From: Torpedo marmorata
Taxonomy: Eukaryota
Direction: 5' to 3'
NCBI GenBank assembly: GCA_977017645.1
Contig: OZ360220.1
Coordinates: 87,978,001-88,042,000, forward strand
DNA length: 64,000 bases
Both the position numbers and the translations under genes were made by a program. The notes beneath the pieces were generated by a model. The model searched no databases. It was not told the origin of the DNA and saw only the letters and a program-made list of their open reading frames with translations. This document shows positions 49,951 to 61,422 of the stretch, piece by piece; position 1 is the stretch's first letter; each line of letters opens with the position of its first letter.

Positions 49951-52900
49951 AATTTTCCAAAATAAATTTAACTAGATGAAGAGTGTATTAATTGTTGGGT
50001 ACCATAAAATCAGAAAAAATTGTAATCATTGTACACTTATGATAATTTCTTGCTCAATCTTATTGTTATGGTCAACTATCAGTGGGGTTCATTTATTTGC
50101 GCTGCATCATGTATTTTTCAGCTTAAATAGAATGATAACTGATTAAAATAAAAGTAAAACTCACTGGCTGTCCAAAGATATCCACTTGTTTTCCAACCCA
50201 AAATATCTTGACACTTGAGTTTTATCTGGGACACTGTAAAGTAATAGTTTTGCACTGTTTGTGAGGCACAGTAAAGTTTACAGAGCAGCTGAAGGATGGG
50301 TCCTTAAAGGGTAGCTGTGCCCTTCACCAAAATACCACTTCATTATTTATCTCAATGAACATGAATGCTCCTAGCTATGCTAATTTCCCCCCGCTACTAC
50401 GAGCTTCTCCATCTTCGCTCTTCCCTCTGCCACTCTTGAATCCCTCTTCAATCATCCACTCTTAGCATTCACTCAGACTAAAGAATTATTTCAGGCAAAG
50501 GAATCACATGATTTCCAAACCACATCAATGAAAATAATTTGTGCCTCCAGCAAGCATCAGTGAACAGGTGCTGCAACAAATTTTGAAATCAAAAATCACA
50601 TCTCCCCCTCACCTGTGCCCCCAAGTCTCAACACCATTGGTATCATCAACTGTCTAAAATATGCAATAGATATTTTTCCTTCCCTCAGTTTCCAAGTACA
50701 AACTTGAGGAAAGGAAGGCGTGTGACAAGGTCCTTGGCCCAGGTGTCCATTCTCTTCACGTTGGCCAGGTATTTTTTTCAAACAAGTGATTATATTGGGT
50801 GAAGGAAGTGAGGCTGATTGAGACTGGATACTGATTATCATGATGAGGCAGGAGAGTGACCTTCCTGGCTCATGTTTTATCTCCATTACCAGATGGGAGC
50901 ATGGCCTCAGGACCTTAGCCTGGTATTTTTCAGAGACTCCTAAAGCATAGCAAGAAGATGAAATGCATTATCAGTGACCAGCCTGGTGCTTGGGGCGTTC
51001 TCAACACGACTCACAGGGAACAGCAGGAATGCTCTCAGAACCAGGTCTTCTAAAATCTACAAAGCTCCACTGTATTTTGGGAAATTATATACTTTATTTT
51101 TTTGTAGGTTTATTTGGTTATACACAATATTCTATTTACTTGAATAACACAAGTGGTATTAAAATAAAGAAGGGCTGCTAATATTGCTAAAATAGCTAAA
51201 TTTTACCCTTTTCAGTTTGGAAAGAGATTGCATTTGGTCCACTCATGGAGCTGTTCACTTCTAGATGTTATAACAATCTGAATATTTATGTTCAATCAAC
51301 CATGATGAGGTTGAAATTGCCCTCAGTGTATTAAATGGTTTACAAGGATTCGTTTCAGGTTAGTTCTGGCTGGCACCAGAAGCAAGTCAATCAAATCATT
51401 TAATGTACACAGAGGCACATTGCCACAGATAGTACCTGTGGTGCAGCAACATATTCATTGCCCTGTAAACATCAATCTTCCATCAGTAGTAAAATAAATC
51501 TGCTCTATTTATAGCTGTTTCAACTGACATGACATTTATTGACTTTTTACATTTCCATTTCCCAAATATTTGACTGATGTTAAACAGCAGGAAAGTGTTT
51601 ATTCCCAATAAGTAAAATTGCTTAAACTAACTTTGACTCGGACTTGAATAAGCATTTACTTCACTTAACAATAAAAAATCTTCCATGGCCAAGACTGCAG
51701 AGCATATCATAAATTAAGGGTTAATGTTGCATGTACTGAAGTTGTTGAAATGCCAGCATATTTTGCACTAGTTTTGTGCCGAGGTTAAGAGAAATAACTA
51801 ATCTTTGTTCTCTTAAGATAATGATCATAATTACAAATTGTTCCTTGCTGTTAGCAATTATTTAGCTTTAAAAATCTAGATGCAAGAAATAGGCCAACAA
51901 ATCCTGTGAAGAACAAATCTTAGCATTTAAAGAAATTAGTGCTTTGAAGTATTTGAGGAAATCATTAGCTTCAGCCTTAAGAACAACTGTTTTTCATTAA
52001 AATAACTGTATTGCAGAAGGGTGTTGTGAATAGAACTATACAATTCAAAAGACAAAGCTTAGTCAATGCCTGCCAAATAAGGTCACTTTAAATAAAGCTT
52101 CACAGTATAAGAATATTGTAACATCTTAAAATGCTCTTGGGCGGGCATAATTGGAAAGCTGCATCTCATAATTCAGCAAAACAATTCAAGCTCCAACACA
52201 TTTATTTCTCATACTTTCTTTGGTGGCTCTCAGTGCCATCCTATCAATCCCCTCCCCCATTTATTTTTCTGTCATCTACTCTCTGTCAGATGTTCATCAG
52301 CTTCCTCTAATTCATCCTGCCCACCCACAATCTGAACAATTTAAGTAGCCAACAACTTCACAGGATATCTTTGGACATGCGAGGAAACTGGAGCACCGAT
52401 GGAAAACTCACAGTCACAGGGAGAAGGTGCAAATTCTGTGCAAAAAACTCCGTCAAACAATATTTGTGTAAGCAGGGGTGCAGATCAACAACTGGAGTTG
52501 TTAGAGATTGAGATGTGGGTCTCCACCGATCTGAATGATTGTAGGGCTGCGGGCCCCAGCTGAATGGTGGTTTGGCTGAAAGCTTGGGAGAGTAAAAATG
52601 AGGTTGGGAAACAGGTATCAGGTGTCTGGGTTAGGCAGGTCTGCGGAATGAAAGGTAAGCCTCAATCCAGGTCTGCACTCTGACAGTGAACAAAGAGGGA
52701 CTCAAGTGGGTCATGCAGCATCCAGGGATAGAAATGGTCAGTCAACGTTTCAGGTCGGGACCCTTTACCGAGATCCTCTTCACCAGTCTGCTGCATTTTG
52801 ACAGTCTAATTATCTCTTGACTGCCTAATGAAGGCTGCTCCCAGGGAAATTTGGTGTAATTTTCTTCACAAAGCTTCAAATGGGGAGGCATCACCTCGTG

Positions 52901-53291
52901 GTGACTCCTTAAATTTCTCAATTGGCAAAATTCTGCCTAAAAGTGGTCAGGTTTGGTAAGAAATCATTTCTCAGACATATAGTACTGAGTATCTTTTGCT
53001 CTTTTATTTCACATCTCTCCTCAGAAAATGCCCAAAATTCACATTCTATTTATTCATCCTACTGATTTTCCGAAATCATTGATTCAATGAACAATATCAA
53101 ATAATGCCAATTTTCAAATTTCCAATTTAAACTTCACCAACTTTGCTGTTGATAGTTTTATTTATTTTTTATCATTTGTTGTGCAATAGAGATTCTTCTG
53201 CTCTTTTCCTTGCACAATTCATCACCCTTCCCTGAAAATTAAAATAAATCTTACTCTTCAATTGGATGATTTCCATGTACATTTCTAACTA

Positions 53292-55244
53292 CCGTATATT
53301 TCGGCGTATAAGTCGAGTCTTGAAACCCTCAAAAATCTCTCAAAAAACGGGGGTCAACTTATACGCCGGATATACTTTTGAGACCTTAAAATTCAGCTCA
53401 AAAACCACTCCACGCCGATTCGGCATATGTCGACCCTTGAAAACCCGATTCGGCGTATAAGTCGACCCTTGAAAACACGATTCGGCATATAAGTCAACCC
53501 TTGAAAACACGATTCGGCGTATAAGTCGACCCTTGAAAAACCAAAAAAAAACCCGACTGCAACAAATTTTCATTGACATTTTTATTGAAAACAACAAGAC
53601 ATTTAGAACCCTTCAAAATCACTTTCGCTATCATCGTCTGAGGCAAAGATCTCGGCAAGCACATCTGGGGTCTCACTGTTTAAACAGTCATCGTACGGGT
53701 CCCAGTCTGTATCTGATGAGGCGGCTTCAGCTTCGTCGTCAGTGTCCCACAATAAATCATCTTCCGTACCATCAATTGCACAAGAGATACCGCACTTTTT
53801 AAACGATTTTATTACAGTCTCTACTTTCACTTTGTCCCATGCCTTGAGCACGAAGTCACACAGCACATCAAGCGATGCAGCACGCATTGCCCCGCCTTTT
53901 GTAAATGATTTTTCTGCACTCGACATCCATGTATTCCACTCTTCACGCACATGGTCTTTGAATGGCTTGTTCAAGCAGACATCGAGAGGTTGCAATATAG
54001 ACGTCAAACCACCCGGGATAACCGCCATGTAAGTATTATGTTGTGCTAATCTACTTTTAGTCTTCTCAGTTAAGTGGCTACGAAACATATCCCAGACCAG
54101 CAAACTCCGTTCCTTGCATAAACCACCTGGCAGCCTGTTCCACACATTGTTCATCCATAGTTTTACACCATTTTCATCCATCCATCCTTTTTCATGAAAA
54201 TGTACAAAAATACCCGCAGGGAATTTTATTTTAGGTTTAAATTTGCGTTTGAAGATTACCATGGGTCTTAACTTTGTCCCGTCGGCCATGCACGATAACA
54301 CCACAGTAAACCTGGTCCTTTCATGGTCGGTACTCCTGGTTTGCACAGTTTTCACACCTTTCCATTCCACTGTTCTATTGCCTATCATGTCAACATTCAT
54401 GGGGGTTTCGTCCATGTTTCCAATATTTGCCAATGCAAACTTGTGTTTCTGCCGGTTACGTAAAATAAACTGGTGAAAACTTATAACTTTATTATCAAGA
54501 TCTTTTGGTAGTTTCTGAGCAATTTTTGTTTTTTGTCGTAATACCAGATTTTTCCTGTTCATGAAACGGTTGCACCAGCCTACTGTAGCTTCAAAATCAT
54601 TACTGAGTTCTGGGTGCGACTTTGCCCACTTCAGTGCAAATGTTCTTATTTTATTTCGGGTGACTATGTAGCAATCTTGCCTCTGTTCACGTACCCATGC
54701 TGCGACGTGATTTTCCAACTCTGGCCAATGAGTGATTCCTCTTCTCATCGAACATTGCCTTTTTGGTATTTTTCTTAAAGTATCTTCTTTCTTCCTCCAA
54801 TCTCTTACCAACTTCTCATATATATCAAATTTTCTTGCAGCAGCACAGTTGTTGGTTTTCTTGGCCATTTCTATCACTTTTAATTTAAAACTCGCCTCAT
54901 ACTTTCGTCGTTTCAATTAAGCCTCCATGATAACAATCACCTCCAGCCAACGCCCAGCAGCTCAATCAGCGCGATCGTTGTGGGTCGACCTATACGCCGG
55001 TCAACGACAAGCAGCTCAATCTTCGCGATTTTTGGGGGTCGACCTATACGCCGGTCAACGCCCAGCAGCTCAATCATCGCAATTTTTTGGGGTCGACTTA
55101 TACGCCGGTCAACGCTCAGCATCTCAGGCATTGCGATTTTTGGGGGTCGACTTATATGCCGGATATACAATAAAACCATTAAAATGAGGCTGAAAAAGTG
55201 GGGTCGACTTATCCGCGAGTCGACTTATACGCCGAAATATACTG
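53292..55244 (-). mobile_element. pogo-superfamily DNA transposon (DD35D, Passer/POGK-like), full length, 1953 bp
   Basis: 25-bp TIRs ccgtatatttcggcgtataagtcga (1 mismatch), a TA TSD, subterminal tandem repeats, and a transposase ORF. Confidence 0.93.
53603..54928 (-). pseudogene. Passer-type transposase (Brinker-like DBD, CENP-B HTH, DDE_1) with stop at codon 4
   Basis: ATG GAG GCT TAA is followed by 437 open codons. The catalytic residues are in NMDET, VWDMF and QPLDV, with 35 residues between D2 and D3. Confidence 0.88.
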
Positions 55245-55514
55245 TAATTTTACGCTGTCTTTAATCATGTGGAAACCAGCCATTTTGCTTGGCTGTAGTT
55301 CCCAATATTCAGAATTTCATGGCCCCAATAACTATGGAGCATATATTGTTCAAGCCCATGGACAATATATGCTACTAATATACAGAAGAATGAATTATCA
55401 AAAGGCCACTTACTTCTGTTATGTTATAATTAGAAAAACACTGGAATTTTCTCGATACACAATAAAGTTGGACATTAAAGTTAATAGATCACTTTAAAAG
55501 AAAAACAGTATCCT

Positions 55515-55730
55515 TAAATTTAAATTTTTAATTTTTAAATTAAATTTAGACATACAGCACGGTAACAGGCCATTTCGGCCCACAAGTCCGTGCCACCCAA
55601 TTTACACCCCATTAACCTACACCCCCGGTACGTTTTGAACGGTGGGAGGAAACCGGAGCCCCCAGGGAAAACCCACGTAGACACGGGCAGAACGTACAAA
55701 CTGCTTATAGACAGCACGGGATTCGAACCC
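55515..55730 (-). mobile_element. 5'-truncated V-SINE
   Basis: Reverse complement of about 44640-44820 with a (taaatt)n tail. Confidence 0.85.
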
Positions 55731-56664
55731 AGAAAAAAATATTTTGTTCTGGCTGTGAGTCATTACAAATCTGGACAGATATGTAACCAAGCAGCAAAAA
55801 CAAATTAATATAATAAGAAGGGTTGTCATTATGTTACATGTTGTTTTTGTGCTGTCCTATGGTAAGCACAGACAAGATGGGCCGAAGGACCTGTTTCTGT
55901 GCTGTAGTGTTCTATAGTTCTATGGAATGTCAAAAGATCAAAGAAAAACTCAAATGGTGCACAAATGTTGAGCATGGAAGGAAAGCTGATGTCCTCAAAC
56001 AATCAGGGCTATGTGTATCTCAAGTTCTGTACCCCTCTGTACTGGGTAAACAACCAATTCTGTTACACAGATGTTGATGAATCAAGAAGATAACTCCATT
56101 TCTACCATGGGTTCCCAAGCTCTCTGACTGCCCTCAGAGGCAACCTCAAATTGTATTCAAATGCTCAGAATTGATCCTCTGCTATAGTTACCGGTACTTA
56201 TAAATTCTGCCAAATCTTCCTCCTGTTTTACCTGCTACCCCTGGCACCGTTGCCCAGGAAGCAAAAACTCATTCAATATCTTTATTCCACATAAAATATT
56301 TAGTATTTATGTTATATGCCTTGCAGTTGTACTGCTTTCTTTTCCCTTGAGTGTGCATATAAAAGTCCCTAGGTTTAATTTATATTGGGATGATTTATGT
56401 GAGGAAATGCCAGCAATTCCCCACATAACTGTGGACACTTCCTATGTAACTCACTGAGATTTCAGTACAATTGCTGAAGTCTCAATGTTGCTGTCAGCTA
56501 TACATCAGTGTGCATGATTGAGCTCTGATACTGGGCTCCATATGAAATCCGGTGAGAGAACAGCACTTGGGACATTTGCACCACATGCCGTCATGAAAAT
56601 CTTTGCCATCTGTGATGTCCCACGGCTGGGATAATTTGCCACCTCTAAACTCATCATACAGAAA

Positions 56665-58750
56665 GTTGGAACCAGACTAGACCCCTATGGAGATGTGGTC
56701 GATGTTTAGGGATCTCTTGCAGGATGTTAGGGATAAATTTGTCCCGGTGAGGCAGAGAAAGAATAGTAGGGTGAAGGAACCATGGTTGACAAGAGAGGTG
56801 GAAAATCTAGTCAGGTGGAAGAAGGCAGCATACATGAGGTTTAGGCAGCAAGGATCAGATAGGTCTCTTGAGGAATATCGGGTAGCAAGAAAGGAGCTTA
56901 AGAGGGGGTTGAAGAGAGCAAGAAGGGGACATGAGATGGCCTTGGCGAGTATGGTTAAGGAAATCCCCAAGGCATTCTTCACATGTGAAGAACAGAAGGA
57001 TGACAGGAGTGAAGGTAGGATCGATTAGAGATAAAGGTGGGAAGATGTGCCTGGAGGCTGTGGAAGTGGGTGAGGTCATCAATGAATACTTCTCTTCAGT
57101 ATTCACCAAAGAGAGGGACCTTGATGACGGTGAGGACAATATGGGTGGGGTAAATGTTCTAGAGCATATTGATATTAAGAGAGAGAATGTGTTGGAGCAG
57201 TTAAAATGCATTAGGACAGATAAGTCCCCGGGGCCAGACGGAAAATTCCCCAGGCTGCTCCAGGAGGCGAGGGAGGAGATTGCTGAGCCTCTGGCTAGGA
57301 TCTTTGTGTCCTCCTTATCCACAGGAATGGTACTGGAGGATTGGAGGGTGGCAAATGTTGTCCCCTTGTTCAAAAAAGGTAGTAGGGAAAGTCCAGGTAA
57401 TTACAGACCAGTGAGCCTTACGTCTGTGGTGGGCAAGCTGAGGATTCTTAGAGATAGGATCTATGGGCATTTAGAGAATCATGGTCTGATCAGGGACAGT
57501 CAGCATGGCTTTATGAAGGGCAGATTATGTCTCACAAGCCTGATAGAGTTCTTTGAGGAGGTGACCAGACATATTTATGAGGGTAGTGCAGTGGATGTGG
57601 TCTACATGGATTTTATTAAGGCATTTGACAAGGTTCCACATGGTAGGCTTATTCAGAAAGTGAGAAGGCATGGGATACAGGGAAGCTTGGCCATGTGGAT
57701 TCAGAATTGGTTTGCCTGTAGAAAGCAGAGGTTTGTGGTGGAGGGAGTACATTCAGATTGGAGGGATGTGTCTAGTGGAGTCCCTCAAGAATTGGTTCTG
57801 GAACCTCTGCTTTTCGTGATTTTTATTAACAACTTGGATGAGGGAGTATAAGGGTGGGTTGGCAAGTTTGCAGACGACACAAAGGTTGGTGGTGTTGTGG
57901 ATAGTGTAGAGGAGTGTAGAAGATTGCAGAGGGACATTGATAGGATGCAGAGCTGGGCTGAGAAGTGGCAGATGGAGTTCAATCCGGAGAAGTGTGAGGT
58001 GGTACACTTTGGAAGGACAAACTCCAAGGCAGAGTACAAAGTTATTGGCAGGATTCTTGGTAGTGTGGAAGAGCAGAGGGATCTGGGGGTCCATGTCCAC
58101 AGATCCCTGAAAGTTGCCTCACAGGTAGACAGGGTAGTTCAGAAAGCTTATGGGGTGTTAGCTTTCATAAGTCGAGGGATTGAGTTTAAGAGCCGCGAGG
58201 TAATGATGCAGCTCTACAAAACTCTGGTTAGACCACACTTGGAGAACTGTGTCCAGTTCTGGTCGTCTCATTATAGGAAAGACGTGGAAGTGTTGGAAAG
58301 GGTGCAGAGGAGATTTACCAGGATGATACCCGGTTTAGAGAGTATGCATTATGAGCAGAGACAAAGGCTTTACTCTTTGGAGAGAAGAAGGATGAGAGGA
58401 GACATGATAGAGGTATACAAGATATTAAGAGGAATAGATAGAGTGGACAGCCAGCGCCTCCTTCCCAGGGCACCACTGCTCAATACAAGAGGGCATGGCT
58501 TTAAGATAATGGGTGGAAAGTTCAAGGGAGATATTAGAGGAAGGCTTTTTACCCAGAGAGTGGTTGGTGCATGGAATGCACTACCTGGGTCAGTGGTGGA
58601 GGCAGGTACATTGGTGAATTTCAAGAGACTACTAGACAAGCATATGGAGGAATTTAAAATGGAGGGTTACGTGGGAGGCAGGGTCTAAAGGTCAGCACAA
58701 CATTGTGGGCCAAAGGGCCTGTACTATGCTGTATTGTTCTATGTTCTATG
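56665..58750 (+). mobile_element. 5'-truncated CR1 LINE
   Basis: ORFs 56931-57851 and 57897-58688 carry CR1 RT motifs, and the tail is (gttctat)n. Confidence 0.92.
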
Positions 58751-59472
58751 TATGTTAAAGCCTGCTTCAGAACTCAACAAGGTCACAGGTGATTTTTCAA
58801 CTCAACTCCACTTTCCCAGAAATATATTGGTCTCAGTTCTGAAGCAATTAATGATTGTGCTCACCGAGCCTTCCATTGTACATGATTCCTCGGATTCATA
58901 TCCCTCTCTGAGAAAGAGTTTCTCCTCATTTCAGTCCAATGTGATACTGTTATATTTTATTTTGAAACCCTGAACCTCCAGTTTTAGACTCCTCAGCCAG
59001 GGAACAATATCCTTCTCACATCTACCCTTAATACTGTTGCCCTACTCAGTGAGATCACTTCTCGTTGTTGTCTATTCTTCTACTCTCTAGGAAATAGAAA
59101 CCAAGCCACTTAATCCCTCCTCACATGACATAATTCCCACACTACAAATATATAGGAGTATTTTAACAGCACACCTTAGCAAGTGCATCCTTTTTTTGGG
59201 TAAAGAGACTAAAATTCCCTGTGTTGTATCATCAATGTCATGTATAATTATGGTAAGATATTGTCATATTCAAATCTTCTAGCAATTAAGGCCAAAATAC
59301 AATATGATTTCCTTTCTGCCTGCTGCACCTGCTTATAACTTCAAGGACATTAAACCTTTCAATATAGTCTGAACATCAACATTCCCAATTTCTTAGCATT
59401 TAGATAGGAGAAACATTCCTGGTTTTCTCATTTTTCCTGTCTAAATGGATAATCTTATGTTTCAATATTGTA

Positions 59473-59778
59473 CAGGAAGTACACCCGCACATACGGCCAA
59501 ATTTTTTTTTGTATTAAAAGTACTGTATATACTGTATGTTAAAGATTCTTTATTACAGTATTTACTTGAAGTTCATATGTTGAGTATCTTTATTAAATGT
59601 ACTGTACAGTACATATGTTGAGATTCTTCATTAAAGGTTTATTTGTTGAAAATGTTTTTGAAAAATTGCTTTCAGACCTCGTTAAGATATGCGAGGTACG
59701 GTAAATCCGACTTACGACCAATCCGATTTACGACCAATCCTTTGGCCACAATTACGGTCATAAGTTGAGGACTACCTG
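59473..59778. mobile_element. Tigger-like MITE
   Basis: TA-cagg ... agttgaggactacctg-TA; homologous (inverted) to 15582-15809. Confidence 0.75.
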
Positions 59779-60025
59779 TATTCTATATGCTATGTTAATG
59801 CTGATTCAGTCAGCTTGTCTGTTTCCCTTGATGCCTCTTCACTACTCAAATTTCCACTTCCATGTCATTAGCAAATCTTGAAATATTATATTTGGTTCCT
59901 CACCCAAATGATTGACATAGACTGAATATCTGGGGCCCAAGCACATTTCCCTGAGAAAAATAAATTTATCCTACTCATTGTTGTGTAACAAGTTCACATT
60001 TCATATAGTAACCACACTTTAAGGG

Positions 60026-60651
60026 CAGGGATGCAGTGCTAAATTTTTAGGTGCCGGAGCTCACCACAAATGGCGCCAAGGAGATCTCGCGAGACCTGGC
60101 CTAGGTGGCCGCCATGTTGTATTTGGCGCTGTATAATTGACAGCGAACTGTAGGACTCCGAAGTAGGATGACCGGTCGTGGAAGAAACAGGTATGTCCAG
60201 AATAGAAAATAGCGCTCAGCGGAGTGGGGGGGGGGGTGGTGGTGTGAGGGTGGCAAGGTGGGGGGGCGGGGGGTGAGGCAGAGGGGAGGGGCGAGCGAGG
60301 GGTGTGCGAGGGGGGGTGACCTCGGAGACAGCCATTCGCGTTTCCCACGCGTAGGCGCTGGCAGAGTGGTTCCAGCTGTGTGGGGGATTATGGGTAGCGA
60401 AGACGGCCATTGATCCCGCATTCAGCCGCTGCCGCCACCCTGAGCACGCCTGTGAGGTGCCGGAGTCGTCCCGAAGTAGCCCCGAAGCGGTCCCGAAGTG
60501 GCTCCGAAGCAGCCCGATGAGGTGCCGGAGTAGTCCGATGAGGTGCTGGAGCGGCCCGCTGAGGTGCCGGAGTAGCCCGATGAGGTGCTGGAGTGGCCTG
60601 ATAAGGTGCCGGAACGCCGCTCCGGCGAGCTCCGGCAGCACTGCACCCCTG
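60026..60651. mobile_element. hAT MITE, same family as 37681-38172, inverted
   Basis: TIRs caggg(a/g)tgcagtgct and an 8-bp TSD tttaaggg (60018-25 / 60652-59). It contains an internal 21-bp tandem array. Confidence 0.92.
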
Positions 60652-61422
60652 TTTAAGGGTAAAAACAGGCTGCAAACCTTTAACAGCAAAACCTTTTACA
60701 GCTTGTGGTCAGACAGAAGGCACCATCAAGTAGGAACATTACTCAAAGTTGATACTTTGGGAGAAGAAAAGAACAATGGTGTTTATTCAAGGAAAACAGA
60801 TGGGACACTTTAAGAGAGTGGTGAGTGAGACATGTGATTGGAAGTCATGTGATTGTGACACTTGAAGAAGCAGGATTGATTAATGAGAAACCAGAGATCT
60901 GCAAGACAAAGGTGGGGTGGCTTTGTGTGAGATGGACAGTTTTGCTGGTTCTCCTTGTCAGGAGGATTGTTGAACCACCATGACCATTGTAATGGTCATT
61001 TTGATTGACCCATGTCTGGGTAAAGGAAGCAGGAGGATTCCTGCATTTGATGGTCATTTAATTTGACCCATGCCTTGGTTTTTGGAAGCATTGTGGAAGT
61101 CACACATTTCGTTTCCCCTACGCAAGGAAGAGGGGAGTTGTGACAACCATTCGTATGAAAAGACATTTCTCTGGAAGCAACTCGTCAAGGATTCGTGAGT
61201 TTCGACGGTCTGATCACACAGTCTCACCTCCTTCGTGATTATTTCTGTACAACAGTTTAAAAGTCTGAGTTTCAATGCAAGATTTCTAAGTCTGAACTCT
61301 GAATTGACTCTGCAGAATTGTGCCTAAGCTGTAATGGTTTGGATATTCCACACACACACATGCACACATAAGTATATTCGCGCATAGTTGGGGGTTAAGT
61401 TTAGATAAGTTAATTAAGGTGT

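Noticed and set aside
53418-53538. CRISPR-like repeat array
   Set aside because: These are head-to-tail repeats without unique spacers, inside a eukaryotic transposon end.
60061-60813. Repetitive proteins (RHLIGLL, APHRA repeats)
   Set aside because: These are translations of the 21-bp tandem array in the hAT MITE.
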